This document shows positions 20,947-30,769 of a stretch of 64,000 bases of DNA, in pieces (within the stretch, counting starts at the first letter, position 1; the number at the start of each line of letters is the position of its first letter). This DNA comes from Bacteroides sp. (GTDB lineage: Bacteria > Bacteroidota > Bacteroidia > Bacteroidales > Muribaculaceae). The notes beneath the pieces were generated by a model that was given only the letters and a program-made list of their open reading frames with translations, was not told where the DNA came from and did no database searches. The position numbers were made by a program, and so were the translations under genes. Where the stretch lies: positions 70,294 through 134,293 of the forward strand of contig JAAVDJ010000005.1 in assembly GCA_014801875.1 (NCBI GenBank), read 5' to 3'.

Positions 20947-21912
20947 ATGATTAAAGTGGGTTTAATTGGAGCAGAGACTCCCGATGCCGGTGAGATACTG
21001 AGAATTTTAATCAATCATCCTGAGGTCGATTTGATTTCTCTTTATGCGCCGTCTCTTTCCGGACATAAGATAGCATCGGTTCATTCAGGGTTTATTGGAG
21101 AGCAAGCCCTTACCTTCACCGATAAAATTGATCCGGCTGTGTTGGATGCTATTTTTATTTTTGATGATTCCGATATAAGTAAAAAGATAATTGCTCATAT
21201 AGGAAATTGGGATACACTGCGTCTCATAAATCTATCTCCCTCAAGAGGAAAAGACTGGGGAGTGGCAGATTTTGTTTATGGTTTATCAGAAATTAACCGT
21301 AAGGTCTTAGTAAGAGGTGCCCGGATGGCTGTTATCCCAAATGCTATTGCTGCGGTTTCTCTTATAGCCCTTTATCCCCTCGCTTCACATCTTCTTTTGT
21401 CGTCAGATATTTTAATAGATGCAAATCTTCCGGCAGATGATGTTCGTGGTGTTGACAAGCCACTCATCGAAGAAGAGATAGATCGTCAGTTGAAGAATGT
21501 TCAAAATAGCTTCAATGGTAATGTAAGAGTTGCGTGCCATCCTTTCGATTCCGCAAGAGCGTTAAAAATTAAGCTGGAAATAGAAACTCCCCTATCCCTT
21601 GACGAAATCTCAAGAATTTATGATTCTGTCTATGACGATCATAATTTTACATATATAATTATGGATTCTGTTAAGGAAGCTGAAGTTGAGGGCACGCAGA
21701 AGTGTGTCATTTCACTGAACAAGACTGATAAGGGAACTCTCAGCATTGAAGCGGTGGCAGACTGTCGCCTCAGAGGCGGTGCCGGAGACGCAGTACATGT
21801 TCTTAACCTCTTTTTTGCACTTCATGAGAAAATCGGACTTTCCTTGAAACCTTCCATATATGAGAAATCTTTAGGAGAGCCAAGACAGTCGCAATATTCA
21901 TGGTTTGCTTGA
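20947..21912 (+). CDS. ArgC (N-acetyl-gamma-glutamyl-phosphate reductase) homolog with degenerate catalytic motifs
   Basis: Colinear with ArgC (LRILINHPEV, FVYGLSEINR, GGAGDAVHVLNL, LSLKPS) but lacks the GxxGY nucleotide loop, the NPGC catalytic Cys and the SGAG/HxH segment. Confidence 0.8.
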   Translation: MIKVGLIGAETPDAGEILRILINHPEVDLISLYAPSLSGHKIASVHSGFIGEQALTFTDKIDPAVLDAIFIFDDSDISKKIIAHIGNWDTLRLINLSPSRGKDWGVADFVYGLSEINRKVLVRGARMAVIPNAIAAVSLIALYPLASHLLLSSDILIDANLPADDVRGVDKPLIEEEIDRQLKNVQNSFNGNVRVACHPFDSARALKIKLEIETPLSLDEISRIYDSVYDDHNFTYIIMDSVKEAEVEGTQKCVISLNKTDKGTLSIEAVADCRLRGGAGDAVHVLNLFFALHEKIGLSLKPSIYEKSLGEPRQSQYSWFA

Positions 21913-21923
21913 TTCTTTAATTT

Positions 21924-22244
21924 ATGTCGGTAAATAAGGTTATCTTACTGGGACACGTCGGGGGCGATCCGGAAATGAGATATCCCGACAAAGATCATCC
22001 TGTTGCTTATCTCTCGCTCGCAACTAATGAGACGAGAGGCAGCTCTCGTGTCGAGACCACTGAGTGGCATTCGCTGGTTTTTGGTGGTCAAAACGCACTC
22101 TTTGTTGAAAGATATGTGCGAAAGGGAACTTTGCTTTATGTCGAAGGATATTTAAGGACCCGTGAGTATGAGGATAGAATGAAGATAATCAGACGTAAAA
22201 CAGAAATAATAGTTGAACGTCTTGAGATAGTGGGTAGAAAGTAA
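21924..22244 (+). CDS. ssb: Short single-stranded DNA-binding protein (OB fold only)
   Basis: MSVNKVILLGHVGGDPE, TEWH and KGTLLYVEG motifs; 106 aa with no acidic tail. Confidence 0.88.
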   Translation: MSVNKVILLGHVGGDPEMRYPDKDHPVAYLSLATNETRGSSRVETTEWHSLVFGGQNALFVERYVRKGTLLYVEGYLRTREYEDRMKIIRRKTEIIVERLEIVGRK

Positions 22245-22257
22245 AAAAATATAAAAA

Positions 22258-24156
22258 ATGAGAAAGTGGAAAATAGAAGACTCAGCCGAGATTTATAACA
22301 TAAGTGGTTGGGGATTGAAATACTTTTCTATAAATGATAAGGGACATGTTCAGGTGACTCCCAGAGAGGGTGGTGCATCTGTTGATTTGAAAGAAGTGAT
22401 AGATGAGCTGAAAATCCGCGATGTTTCAGCCCCGGTGCTTCTTCGCTTCCCTGATATCCTTGACAACAGGATTCAGAAAATATCTTCTTGCTTTAAAAAG
22501 GCTGCAGAAGACTACAACTATAAAGGGCAGAATTTTATTGTCTACCCTATCAAGGTAAATCAAATGAGACAGGTTGTAGAGGAAATTGTCAGTCATGGCA
22601 ATAAATATAATATCGGTCTTGAAGCCGGATCAAAACCTGAACTCCATGCTGTCCTCGGCGTGAGTTGTAATTCCAGCTCTATCATAGTCTGCAATGGTTA
22701 TAAGGATGAAGACTATGTAGAATTGGCATTACTTGCTCAAAAAATGGGTAGGAGAATTTATCTTGTCGTTGAAAAGCTTAACGAATTGAAGCTTATCCAC
22801 AATGTTTCTAAAAGACTTGGTATCATTCCTAATATAGGTATAAGAATAAAACTTTCTTCCTCCGGGAGTGGAAAATGGGAAGAATCTGGTGGAGATGTGA
22901 GCAAGTTTGGTCTTAATTCTTCCGAACTTCTTGAGGCTCTCTCCTATCTTGAAAAGAATAATTTAAAGGAGGCTCTTAAACTTATTCATTTCCATATAGG
23001 CAGTCAAATCACCAAAATTCGAAGGATAAAGAATGCCCTGCGCGAAGCTATGCAATTCTACGTACAGCTTTCCAAGATGGAATTCAACATTGATTTTGTG
23101 GATATAGGAGGAGGCCTGGGTGTAGATTATGATGGCACACGATCATCCTCAGGAGAACACTCCATGAATTATTCTATTCAAGAGTATGTAAACGATGGTG
23201 TATCAGCTCTTGTTGATGTCTGCGTCAAGAATAATCTTCCTCAGCCAAACATTATAACTGAAAGTGGAAGATCCCTGACAGCACACCATTCTGTGTTGAT
23301 AATAGAAGTCCTTGAGACTACCCGTCTTCCTATATGGAATGATAATGAAACAATCGGGGAAGACGACCATGAACTTGCTAAAGAGTTATACAAGATATGG
23401 GATAGAATCAATCCTACGACTATGTTCGAGGATTGGCATGATGCACTTCAGATTAGAGAAGAAGCTCTTGATCTTTTCAGTCTTGGTATGCTTGACCTTA
23501 AGACTCGAGCTCAGATTGAAAAGCTATTCTGGTCGGTTGCTCGTGATGTTAATGATCTCACCCGATCCATGAAACATCCACCGGAAGAGCTGAAGAAGGT
23601 AGACAGGATGTTACCCGAGAAATATTTCTGCAATTTCTCCCTTTTCCAAAGTCTTCCCGATTCATGGGCTATTGACCAGGTTTTCCCTATAATGCCAATT
23701 TCCCGTCTTGATGAAAAACCATCGAGAAGGTGCACCATACAGGATATCACTTGTGACTCCGATGGAAAAATCAACCGCTTTGTCTCTCCGCAAGGAATGT
23801 CATATTCCCTTCCTGTCCATCCCCTCAGACCAAATGACAAATACTATATAGGAGTCTTTCTGGTTGGGGCCTATCAGGAAATATTGGGTGACCTTCATAA
23901 TCTTTTTGGAGATACGAGTGCGGTTCATATTTCTGTTGATAAAGATGGCTACGAGATTGAGCAAGTGATCGACGGAGAACCTGTCACAGATGTTCTTGAT
24001 TACGTTGAATACAATCCTAAGAAATTAGTGCGTAATCTTGAGGCATGGGTTTCAAAGTCAATGAAACAAGGTATAATAACTGCTGAGGAGGGGCGTCAAT
24101 TCCTGAATAATTATCGTTCCGGCTTATACGGAATCACTTATCTTGAAAAAGATTGA
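22258..24156 (+). CDS. speA: Biosynthetic arginine decarboxylase
   Basis: YPIKVNQ (PLP Lys), GLEAGSKPE, HFHIGSQ, DIGGGLGVDYDG and DITCDSDG motifs. Confidence 0.97.
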   Translation: MRKWKIEDSAEIYNISGWGLKYFSINDKGHVQVTPREGGASVDLKEVIDELKIRDVSAPVLLRFPDILDNRIQKISSCFKKAAEDYNYKGQNFIVYPIKVNQMRQVVEEIVSHGNKYNIGLEAGSKPELHAVLGVSCNSSSIIVCNGYKDEDYVELALLAQKMGRRIYLVVEKLNELKLIHNVSKRLGIIPNIGIRIKLSSSGSGKWEESGGDVSKFGLNSSELLEALSYLEKNNLKEALKLIHFHIGSQITKIRRIKNALREAMQFYVQLSKMEFNIDFVDIGGGLGVDYDGTRSSSGEHSMNYSIQEYVNDGVSALVDVCVKNNLPQPNIITESGRSLTAHHSVLIIEVLETTRLPIWNDNETIGEDDHELAKELYKIWDRINPTTMFEDWHDALQIREEALDLFSLGMLDLKTRAQIEKLFWSVARDVNDLTRSMKHPPEELKKVDRMLPEKYFCNFSLFQSLPDSWAIDQVFPIMPISRLDEKPSRRCTIQDITCDSDGKINRFVSPQGMSYSLPVHPLRPNDKYYIGVFLVGAYQEILGDLHNLFGDTSAVHISVDKDGYEIEQVIDGEPVTDVLDYVEYNPKKLVRNLEAWVSKSMKQGIITAEEGRQFLNNYRSGLYGITYLEKD

Positions 24157-24173
24157 AATGATTTCTCTGACTT

Positions 24174-24932
24174 ATGCGATATTTTTTAAGACTGGGCTAT
24201 AACGGCACAAATTTTCATGGCTGGCAGTCGCAGCCAAATGCAGTAAGTGTGCAACAAAAGATTGAGGAGACGCTGTCAATTCTGACGCGTCTCCCGATTT
24301 CTATCGTCGGTGCAGGAAGAACTGATGCTGGTGTACATGCAAAAGAGATGTATGCTCATTTTGATGTGCCGGGTGATATTGAAGATAAGAGCCGTTTTCT
24401 CCTTTCCGCAAACAGGCTTGTGGGAAAAGACATCTCTTTCTATGATTTGCTCAAGGTCCCGGACGATGCGCATGCAAGATTTGATGCGGTGGAGAGGACA
24501 TATAAATATTTTGTCTCATTTGAGAAAACTCCCTTCCTCTATCCATTCTCTTCCTTCTCTTCTATAAGATTTGATCTTGATAAAATGAATGAGGCGGCCG
24601 AATACCTTCTAAGGGTCGATGATTTCACATCTTTCGCCAAGCTGCATTCTGATGCGAAGACCAATATTTGTAAAGTTACTAAAGCAGAATGGCATATGCT
24701 CGAAAATGAAATGCCTCTTCTTGGAGATGGTTGTGTCTTTACTATTTCAGCTGATAGATTCTTGAGAAATATGGTAAGAGCAATTGTCGGCACCCTTGTT
24801 GATGTCGGAAGAGACAAAATATCTATTTCTGAATTTGTTGATATAATTCATTCCAAAGACAGATGTTCTGCAGGTTGCTCTATGCCAGGGGCTGGACTTT
24901 TTCTATGGAAGATTAAATATCCATTTCTTTGA
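24174..24932 (+). CDS. truA: tRNA pseudouridine(38-40) synthase
   Basis: YNGTNFHGWQ, AGRTDAGVHA and FLRNMVRAIVG motifs. Confidence 0.97.
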   Translation: MRYFLRLGYNGTNFHGWQSQPNAVSVQQKIEETLSILTRLPISIVGAGRTDAGVHAKEMYAHFDVPGDIEDKSRFLLSANRLVGKDISFYDLLKVPDDAHARFDAVERTYKYFVSFEKTPFLYPFSSFSSIRFDLDKMNEAAEYLLRVDDFTSFAKLHSDAKTNICKVTKAEWHMLENEMPLLGDGCVFTISADRFLRNMVRAIVGTLVDVGRDKISISEFVDIIHSKDRCSAGCSMPGAGLFLWKIKYPFL

Positions 24933-24944
24933 TTTAAATAAAAG

Positions 24945-25877
24945 ATGTTGTCTGACAAAGCTAAAGGTTATATTATTGGTGCGTTAGGGGCAGCAAGCTA
25001 TGGCACAAATCCTCTCTTCGCATTGCCTCTGTATGCCGAAGGGATGACTCCCAACTCGGTTTTATTTTTCCGATATCTGCTTGCAATCCCTCTAATGGGA
25101 TTGATGCTGTTATTTCGGAGGGGATCAGATCAATTCAAGATAAATGGCAAGCAAGGGATACTTCTTTTCGTGATGGGTATTCTAATGGCTGTGTCTTCAC
25201 TGACTTTATTCCTCAGTTATACTTATATGGACGCGGGTATTGCATCAACACTTCTTTTTGTTTACCCGATAATGGTGGCGCTAATTATGGCTCTTGGATT
25301 TCATGAGAAAATAACTATAGCGACAAGTTTATGTATTGTTATGGCCTTGACGGGGATTGCAATGCTGTTTAAGAAGACAGATGGCACTACATTATCAGTG
25401 ACAGGCGCTGTTTTGGTGATGATGTCTTCTTTGTCATATGCTGTATATATAGTAGGTGTAAATCAATCAAAACTTAGATATATGCCTACATTGAAAGTGA
25501 TTTTCTATGTTCTATTGTTTGGTCTCACGGTTTTTATTGTGAAGATTCTCTATGGAAATACCTTTACTTTGCCACAAAGTGTGTTGTCATGGGTATGTTT
25601 GATTGGACTTGCTGTTCTTCCGACAGCCGTATCATTCCTTTGCACTACTTCTGCAATTCAACTTATCGGACCCACTCCGACTGCAATCTTAGGTGCGCTT
25701 GAACCGGTGACTGCCGTTTTAATAGGAGTCCTGCTATTTGGTGAGACAGTTACACCCAGAGTTCTCTTGGGAATGATACTTATTCTCTTAGCCGTCTCAT
25801 TAGTGGTCGGTGGAGGCAACGTCCATAGAAAGATCCTACACATTCATCGTCTCTTTCCTCGAAAAAGGCAAAAATAA
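24945..25877 (+). CDS. EamA/DMT family transporter
   Basis: About 10 TM helices in two repeats; GALEPVTAVLIGVLLFGE. Confidence 0.88.
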   Translation: MLSDKAKGYIIGALGAASYGTNPLFALPLYAEGMTPNSVLFFRYLLAIPLMGLMLLFRRGSDQFKINGKQGILLFVMGILMAVSSLTLFLSYTYMDAGIASTLLFVYPIMVALIMALGFHEKITIATSLCIVMALTGIAMLFKKTDGTTLSVTGAVLVMMSSLSYAVYIVGVNQSKLRYMPTLKVIFYVLLFGLTVFIVKILYGNTFTLPQSVLSWVCLIGLAVLPTAVSFLCTTSAIQLIGPTPTAILGALEPVTAVLIGVLLFGETVTPRVLLGMILILLAVSLVVGGGNVHRKILHIHRLFPRKRQK

Positions 25878-25906
25878 AATATATACCTATTTCATATCTT
25901 AATAAT

Positions 25907-27922
25907 ATGGATGCTAAAGATGCTAAAATAAAGATTGAAAAACTAAGAAGCGACCTCCATCTTCATAATCATAATTATTATATTCTCAATGCCCCTGTCA
26001 TTTCTGACAAGGAGTTTGATTATATGATGAAGGAGTTGGAAAAACTTGAAAAGGAATTTCCCGAGTTCGATGACCCCCTATCCCCTACGAAAAGAGTTGG
26101 ATCTGATCTTACAAAAGGATTCGACCATATCGTTCATAAACGCCCTATGATGTCTCTTTCCAATTCCTATTCAATAGATGAAGTTGATGATTGGTTCGAA
26201 AGATTGAAAAAGGCTCTTGGGAATGAGAGGTTTCAGGTGGTTGGAGAATTAAAATTTGATGGCACTTCCATTTCTGTGACCTATAAGAATGGATTGATGG
26301 TAAGGGCTGTCACCAGAGGAGACGGAACGCAGGGAGACGATGTGACCGCTAATGTTAAGACAATCCGAAGTGTTCCTCTCCGCCTTCAACCGGGAGATTG
26401 GCCCGACGAATTTGAAATTAGAGGTGAGATTCTCATGCCATGGGAGGTCTTTGAAAAGATAAATGCAGAAAGAGCTTATAATGAAGAGCCTTTATTTGCA
26501 AATCCAAGAAATGCGGCTTCGGGCACATTGAAAATGCAGGATTCCAAAGAAGTGGCAAAAAGACATCTTGACGCAAGATTTTATTATCTTCTTAGTGATA
26601 ACCTTCCCTATGATAATCATTTTGACAATTTACAGGCAGCAAGAAGATGGGGATTCAAGGTTTCGAAAGAGATGCAACTTCTTGATTCTCTTGAGGCGGT
26701 TAATGATTTTATCAATCTTTGGGATACAGAAAGAAAGAAGTTACCGGTAGCTACTGATGGATTGGTTTTCAAAATCAACTCTTTGAAGCAGCAACTTAAT
26801 CTTGGATATACGGCAAAATCACCTCGTTGGGCAATCGCTTACAAATTTAATCCGGAAAATGCATGTACCCCGTTGAAGTTTGTGTCGTTTGAAACCGGAA
26901 GAATGGGTATTGTGACTCCGGTTGCCAATCTTGAACCGGTACTTTTATCCGGTACTATTGTAAAGCGAGCGTCCCTACATAATGATGATATAATTCAAGA
27001 GCTGGATATCCATGAGGGTGATTGGTTGTATGTAGAAAAAGGTGGGGAAATTATTCCAAAAATTACAGGGGTCGACAAATCAAAACGACCTGAGGATGCC
27101 CCAAAAATTAAATTTGTTGACCGTTGTCCAGAGTGTGGTACTCCCCTTGTGAGGATATATGGTGACGCAGCATGGTGTTGTCCCAATCACTATGGATGTC
27201 GACCTCAAATAACTGGAAAAATCGAACATTTTTGTGCACGCAGAATGATGGATATAGATGGTATTGGGGAAGAGACTGCGGAACTTCTTTTCTCTTGCGG
27301 ATTAGTAGAGAGAATTGCTGACCTCTACGATCTGACTTTTGAAAAACTTCAGACCCTTGATAGAATAGGAGAAAAGTCTGCTAAAAGAATACTTGATGGA
27401 ATTGAGGCTTCAAAGAAGGTTCCGTTTGAACGAGTGGTTTATGCATTATCAATCCCTAATGTTGGAGAGACAACAGCAAAACGATTGGCCGGATATGTTA
27501 AAAACATGGATACATTATTATCTATGAATGAGGATGAATTGACATCTGTGCCTGATATAGGTCCAATCATTGCAAAAAGTATCTTTAACTTTTTCCGTGA
27601 TCCGATAAATATCAATAACATCACTCGATTAAGAGAAGCAGGGGTGCAGATGAGTTTGTCTTCAGATAAACTCGAAGCGGGCAATAACAGACTTGAAGGT
27701 AAAGTGATTGTCATTTCCGGTACATTTGCCCATCATTCACGTGATGAATATAAAGACATCATTGAAAGAGAGGGTGGAAAAAATACCGGGAGCATCTCGA
27801 AGAAAACGTCTTTTGTTCTTGCCGGCGACAATATGGGACCTTCAAAAAGAGATAAGTGTGAGAAATTAGGAATCCCCCTTGTCTCCGAGGATGAATTCCT
27901 TCAAATGATAGGGGAAGGATGA
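25907..27922 (+). CDS. ligA: NAD-dependent DNA ligase
   Basis: ELKFDG, TRGDG, NPRNAASG, Zn finger CPECG, HhH motifs and a C-terminal BRCT domain. Confidence 0.98.
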   Translation: MDAKDAKIKIEKLRSDLHLHNHNYYILNAPVISDKEFDYMMKELEKLEKEFPEFDDPLSPTKRVGSDLTKGFDHIVHKRPMMSLSNSYSIDEVDDWFERLKKALGNERFQVVGELKFDGTSISVTYKNGLMVRAVTRGDGTQGDDVTANVKTIRSVPLRLQPGDWPDEFEIRGEILMPWEVFEKINAERAYNEEPLFANPRNAASGTLKMQDSKEVAKRHLDARFYYLLSDNLPYDNHFDNLQAARRWGFKVSKEMQLLDSLEAVNDFINLWDTERKKLPVATDGLVFKINSLKQQLNLGYTAKSPRWAIAYKFNPENACTPLKFVSFETGRMGIVTPVANLEPVLLSGTIVKRASLHNDDIIQELDIHEGDWLYVEKGGEIIPKITGVDKSKRPEDAPKIKFVDRCPECGTPLVRIYGDAAWCCPNHYGCRPQITGKIEHFCARRMMDIDGIGEETAELLFSCGLVERIADLYDLTFEKLQTLDRIGEKSAKRILDGIEASKKVPFERVVYALSIPNVGETTAKRLAGYVKNMDTLLSMNEDELTSVPDIGPIIAKSIFNFFRDPININNITRLREAGVQMSLSSDKLEAGNNRLEGKVIVISGTFAHHSRDEYKDIIEREGGKNTGSISKKTSFVLAGDNMGPSKRDKCEKLGIPLVSEDEFLQMIGEG

Positions 27923-27923
27923 T

Positions 27924-27958
27924 TAAATGCTCCCGGCCATATGCGGCGGGAGCATTTA
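27924..27958. terminator. Bidirectional terminator between ligA and sbcC
   Basis: TAAATGCTCCCG...CGGGAGCATTTA inverted repeat between convergent genes. Confidence 0.8.
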
Positions 27959-27960
27959 TT

Positions 27961-30768
27961 TTATATACGCTCTATTTTTACTTTTGATAAAGTTGGAGAC
28001 TCTCGATAGACATTTATTTGTACCGGGATTCTTTCTTTTAGTTCAGGCACGTGACTAATCAATCCAACTTTCTTTCCTCCTACTTGATGGAGTTTTTCCA
28101 AGGTTTCCATAACATTTCCGAGATATTCACTTGACAAAGTCCCGAAACCCTCATCAATGAATATTATATCCACATTCATTCCTCCCCCTTTGAGATTTGA
28201 CAAAGCGAGTGCAAGAGATAATGACGCCATAAAACTTTCCCCGCCAGATAAGATGCTGGCAGGCTGAGGTTCACTTGGACGCAAACGGTCTATAACCAAT
28301 ATAGTTAATGAACCCGGATTACACGTCAGATAATATCTGTCGGTAAAGGTTTCCATATAAGCATTAGCATTATCAAGCAATGATTTTAGAATAAGACTCT
28401 GAGCTGCTCCTCTGAATTTTGCCCCATCTGTATCACCAAGGGTCTTGTATAGGAGTTCCCATTTCTCCTTCTCCTCTCTTTTCCTTTCCTCATCTTTAAT
28501 TATTTGTTTTAATTTAAATAAGTTGTTATCGTTATTTTTCAGTTTCTCAGTAATCTCACCGATTCTGATGCTCAGTTCTTCTATTCTCTTATCACATTCA
28601 TTCTGATGCTCCTTCAAAAATTCTATGGTGTCTTCTTCATTTAGTTGAGGTTTTGATTGCTCTGTTTTTAATATTTCTTTTTCAATATTTTCCAAAGCAC
28701 CTCTTTCCTTATGAGCCATAGATTCTGTTTTATCAATTCTCTCTTTGAGAGAATTGATATATGTTTCGCTTAAACCACCGAGTTCTTCAACTCTTTTTAT
28801 TTCAATTTCCGGGTGTTTATTAAAAAACTCTTTGAATGTTTGCTCATCTTCATCAATCATAGTTTTTTTATCATTCAGAGACACTTCCCATTTTGTATGA
28901 GCCGAATTTATATTTTGTAACTCAATTTTAATTGTTTCAGTTTCATTTCGAAATGAGTTAGCCTTTGACCGTATGGATTTAAGCTGTTCTGATAACTCAA
29001 CGTGGAGCTTTTGATACCGAACAAGATAATTAATTTCATTTTCAACTAAATTTCGTTTCTCGATGATTCCATTTCTCAATTCAATGGTATTATCAGTCTG
29101 TATTTCTGATTTAACACAGTAATTGGTCACTTCTTGTTTCCTGAGAGAATATTCATGTTCAGTTGAAACATATCTCTCTTTAAGGTTTGTCAGCGTACTT
29201 GATAATTCTATGATGATTTTTTTTGTTGAAATCACCGTAGCATCTTTTTTCCTATATAATTCCTCTGCTTCTTGCTTCTCAATCTTAAACGGGAGAAGTA
29301 TTTTTTCAAACATTCCATTATCTAATTCTTTCATAACGATTTCTCCGCAGACCGGACATGGGTCCCCCTTATGGATAGCACTTCTGAGCCGTTTAGCTGC
29401 TTCTGAGGTAGATAAGAAAAGCCGATCATAATTTTTGATTGCTTCCTCTTTTCTTTTCTCAGCTTCCAACAAATCCTTCTGAGCAGTTAATAGCGACTCA
29501 GAGTATTTCTGAATCTTCCCTTGGATTCCCTCTTTTTCAATTCTAATTTCTTCCAATAGTTTTTCTATAGTATCAAAACGCTCAAGTGCTCCTAAGAAAC
29601 TTGAAAAGAGAAGTTTCTTCTCATTCAAGTCTCTCATTTTCTGGTTCACATCTTTTATATTAAGAGTTTCAATTTCTTTCTCTTTTAATGCTATCTTTTC
29701 TTCCCATCCTTTCAGCTCTTTTTCTTTAACTGCAACTTGTTCAGTTAAAATTTGGAGCTTATTTATAATCTGAGCTCCCAAAAGCTCTTGGCGTTCAACT
29801 TCGACTTTTCCTTTTTGTATATCCTGCTGAAGTTTCCGAGGTATAACAGTTCGGTAGAAATCATTTACAGTTTCTTTATCCTTTATAAATCCGCTATCTC
29901 TTATTAAATTCTCTGCTGCTGTAAGCGATTCATGGATTTTCTGTTGCCTGACTTTTAGTTTTTGATATTCTGTAATCCAATTGATTTTCTCCTTGGCAAT
30001 ATCTCGGATATGTTTGGCAACTTTTATTTCATCATTATGGGTAAGCAGAGACTTTCTGAGCGCCTCTAATTCATCATCTGTCAAAATAGACACTTTATCT
30101 ATCTCATTCTTTAATAATTCCCAATCATATTTGATATTAAGAAACCTCTCCGCTATTTTTTTGCCGATTTCTGAATAAATTTCGGTACCGGTAAGTTTTT
30201 CAAGTATCTGAGATTTTTCATTTCTTTTACTCTTCAGAAACTTTGTGAATTCCCCTTGAGCAAGCATGACGGTTCTACAGAATTGTTCGTAATCCAAACC
30301 TGTTATTTCCAAAATCTTTTCTTCAACTCTCTTTTTGTGAGTTTCATAAAACGAATTGGCGGTCAAACTTCGTAGTGATCGAGTAGGCTTTTGAAGCTTT
30401 TTGTGAGGCTTCTTATGATCCCGTTGCACTGCCCAAACGGCCTCATAATCCTCTCCGTCATTCCCTTCAAAAATTAATTTTACAAACCCCTCTCCTGCAC
30501 CTCTTCTTAACAACTGGGCATTGTCATTAGCATAAAATTTCAGTCTATTATCTGTAGAGCCTGCCAGTTCTTCATGAGCTGCTGAAGTCATTCTTGGAGT
30601 CGATGCATATAGTGCCAGACATATTGCGTCCAGCAGAGTTGATTTCCCCGCCCCAGTTTCTCCTGAAATAAGAATAACCGAAGAGCTTGAAAGTTCTTCA
30701 CTACAAAAGTCAATTTCAGCATCAGCTATTGATGCGATATTATGGATTTTTAGCTCCTTGATTCTCAT
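27961..30768 (-). CDS. sbcC: SbcC/Rad50 SMC-like ATPase
   Basis: GETGAGKS, LAQGEF, zinc hook CPVCG, LSGGE and FIDEGFG motifs; long coiled coils. Confidence 0.95.
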   Translation of the reverse strand: MRIKELKIHNIASIADAEIDFCSEELSSSSVILISGETGAGKSTLLDAICLALYASTPRMTSAAHEELAGSTDNRLKFYANDNAQLLRRGAGEGFVKLIFEGNDGEDYEAVWAVQRDHKKPHKKLQKPTRSLRSLTANSFYETHKKRVEEKILEITGLDYEQFCRTVMLAQGEFTKFLKSKRNEKSQILEKLTGTEIYSEIGKKIAERFLNIKYDWELLKNEIDKVSILTDDELEALRKSLLTHNDEIKVAKHIRDIAKEKINWITEYQKLKVRQQKIHESLTAAENLIRDSGFIKDKETVNDFYRTVIPRKLQQDIQKGKVEVERQELLGAQIINKLQILTEQVAVKEKELKGWEEKIALKEKEIETLNIKDVNQKMRDLNEKKLLFSSFLGALERFDTIEKLLEEIRIEKEGIQGKIQKYSESLLTAQKDLLEAEKRKEEAIKNYDRLFLSTSEAAKRLRSAIHKGDPCPVCGEIVMKELDNGMFEKILLPFKIEKQEAEELYRKKDATVISTKKIIIELSSTLTNLKERYVSTEHEYSLRKQEVTNYCVKSEIQTDNTIELRNGIIEKRNLVENEINYLVRYQKLHVELSEQLKSIRSKANSFRNETETIKIELQNINSAHTKWEVSLNDKKTMIDEDEQTFKEFFNKHPEIEIKRVEELGGLSETYINSLKERIDKTESMAHKERGALENIEKEILKTEQSKPQLNEEDTIEFLKEHQNECDKRIEELSIRIGEITEKLKNNDNNLFKLKQIIKDEERKREEKEKWELLYKTLGDTDGAKFRGAAQSLILKSLLDNANAYMETFTDRYYLTCNPGSLTILVIDRLRPSEPQPASILSGGESFMASLSLALALSNLKGGGMNVDIIFIDEGFGTLSSEYLGNVMETLEKLHQVGGKKVGLISHVPELKERIPVQINVYRESPTLSKVKIERI

Positions 30769-30769
30769 T

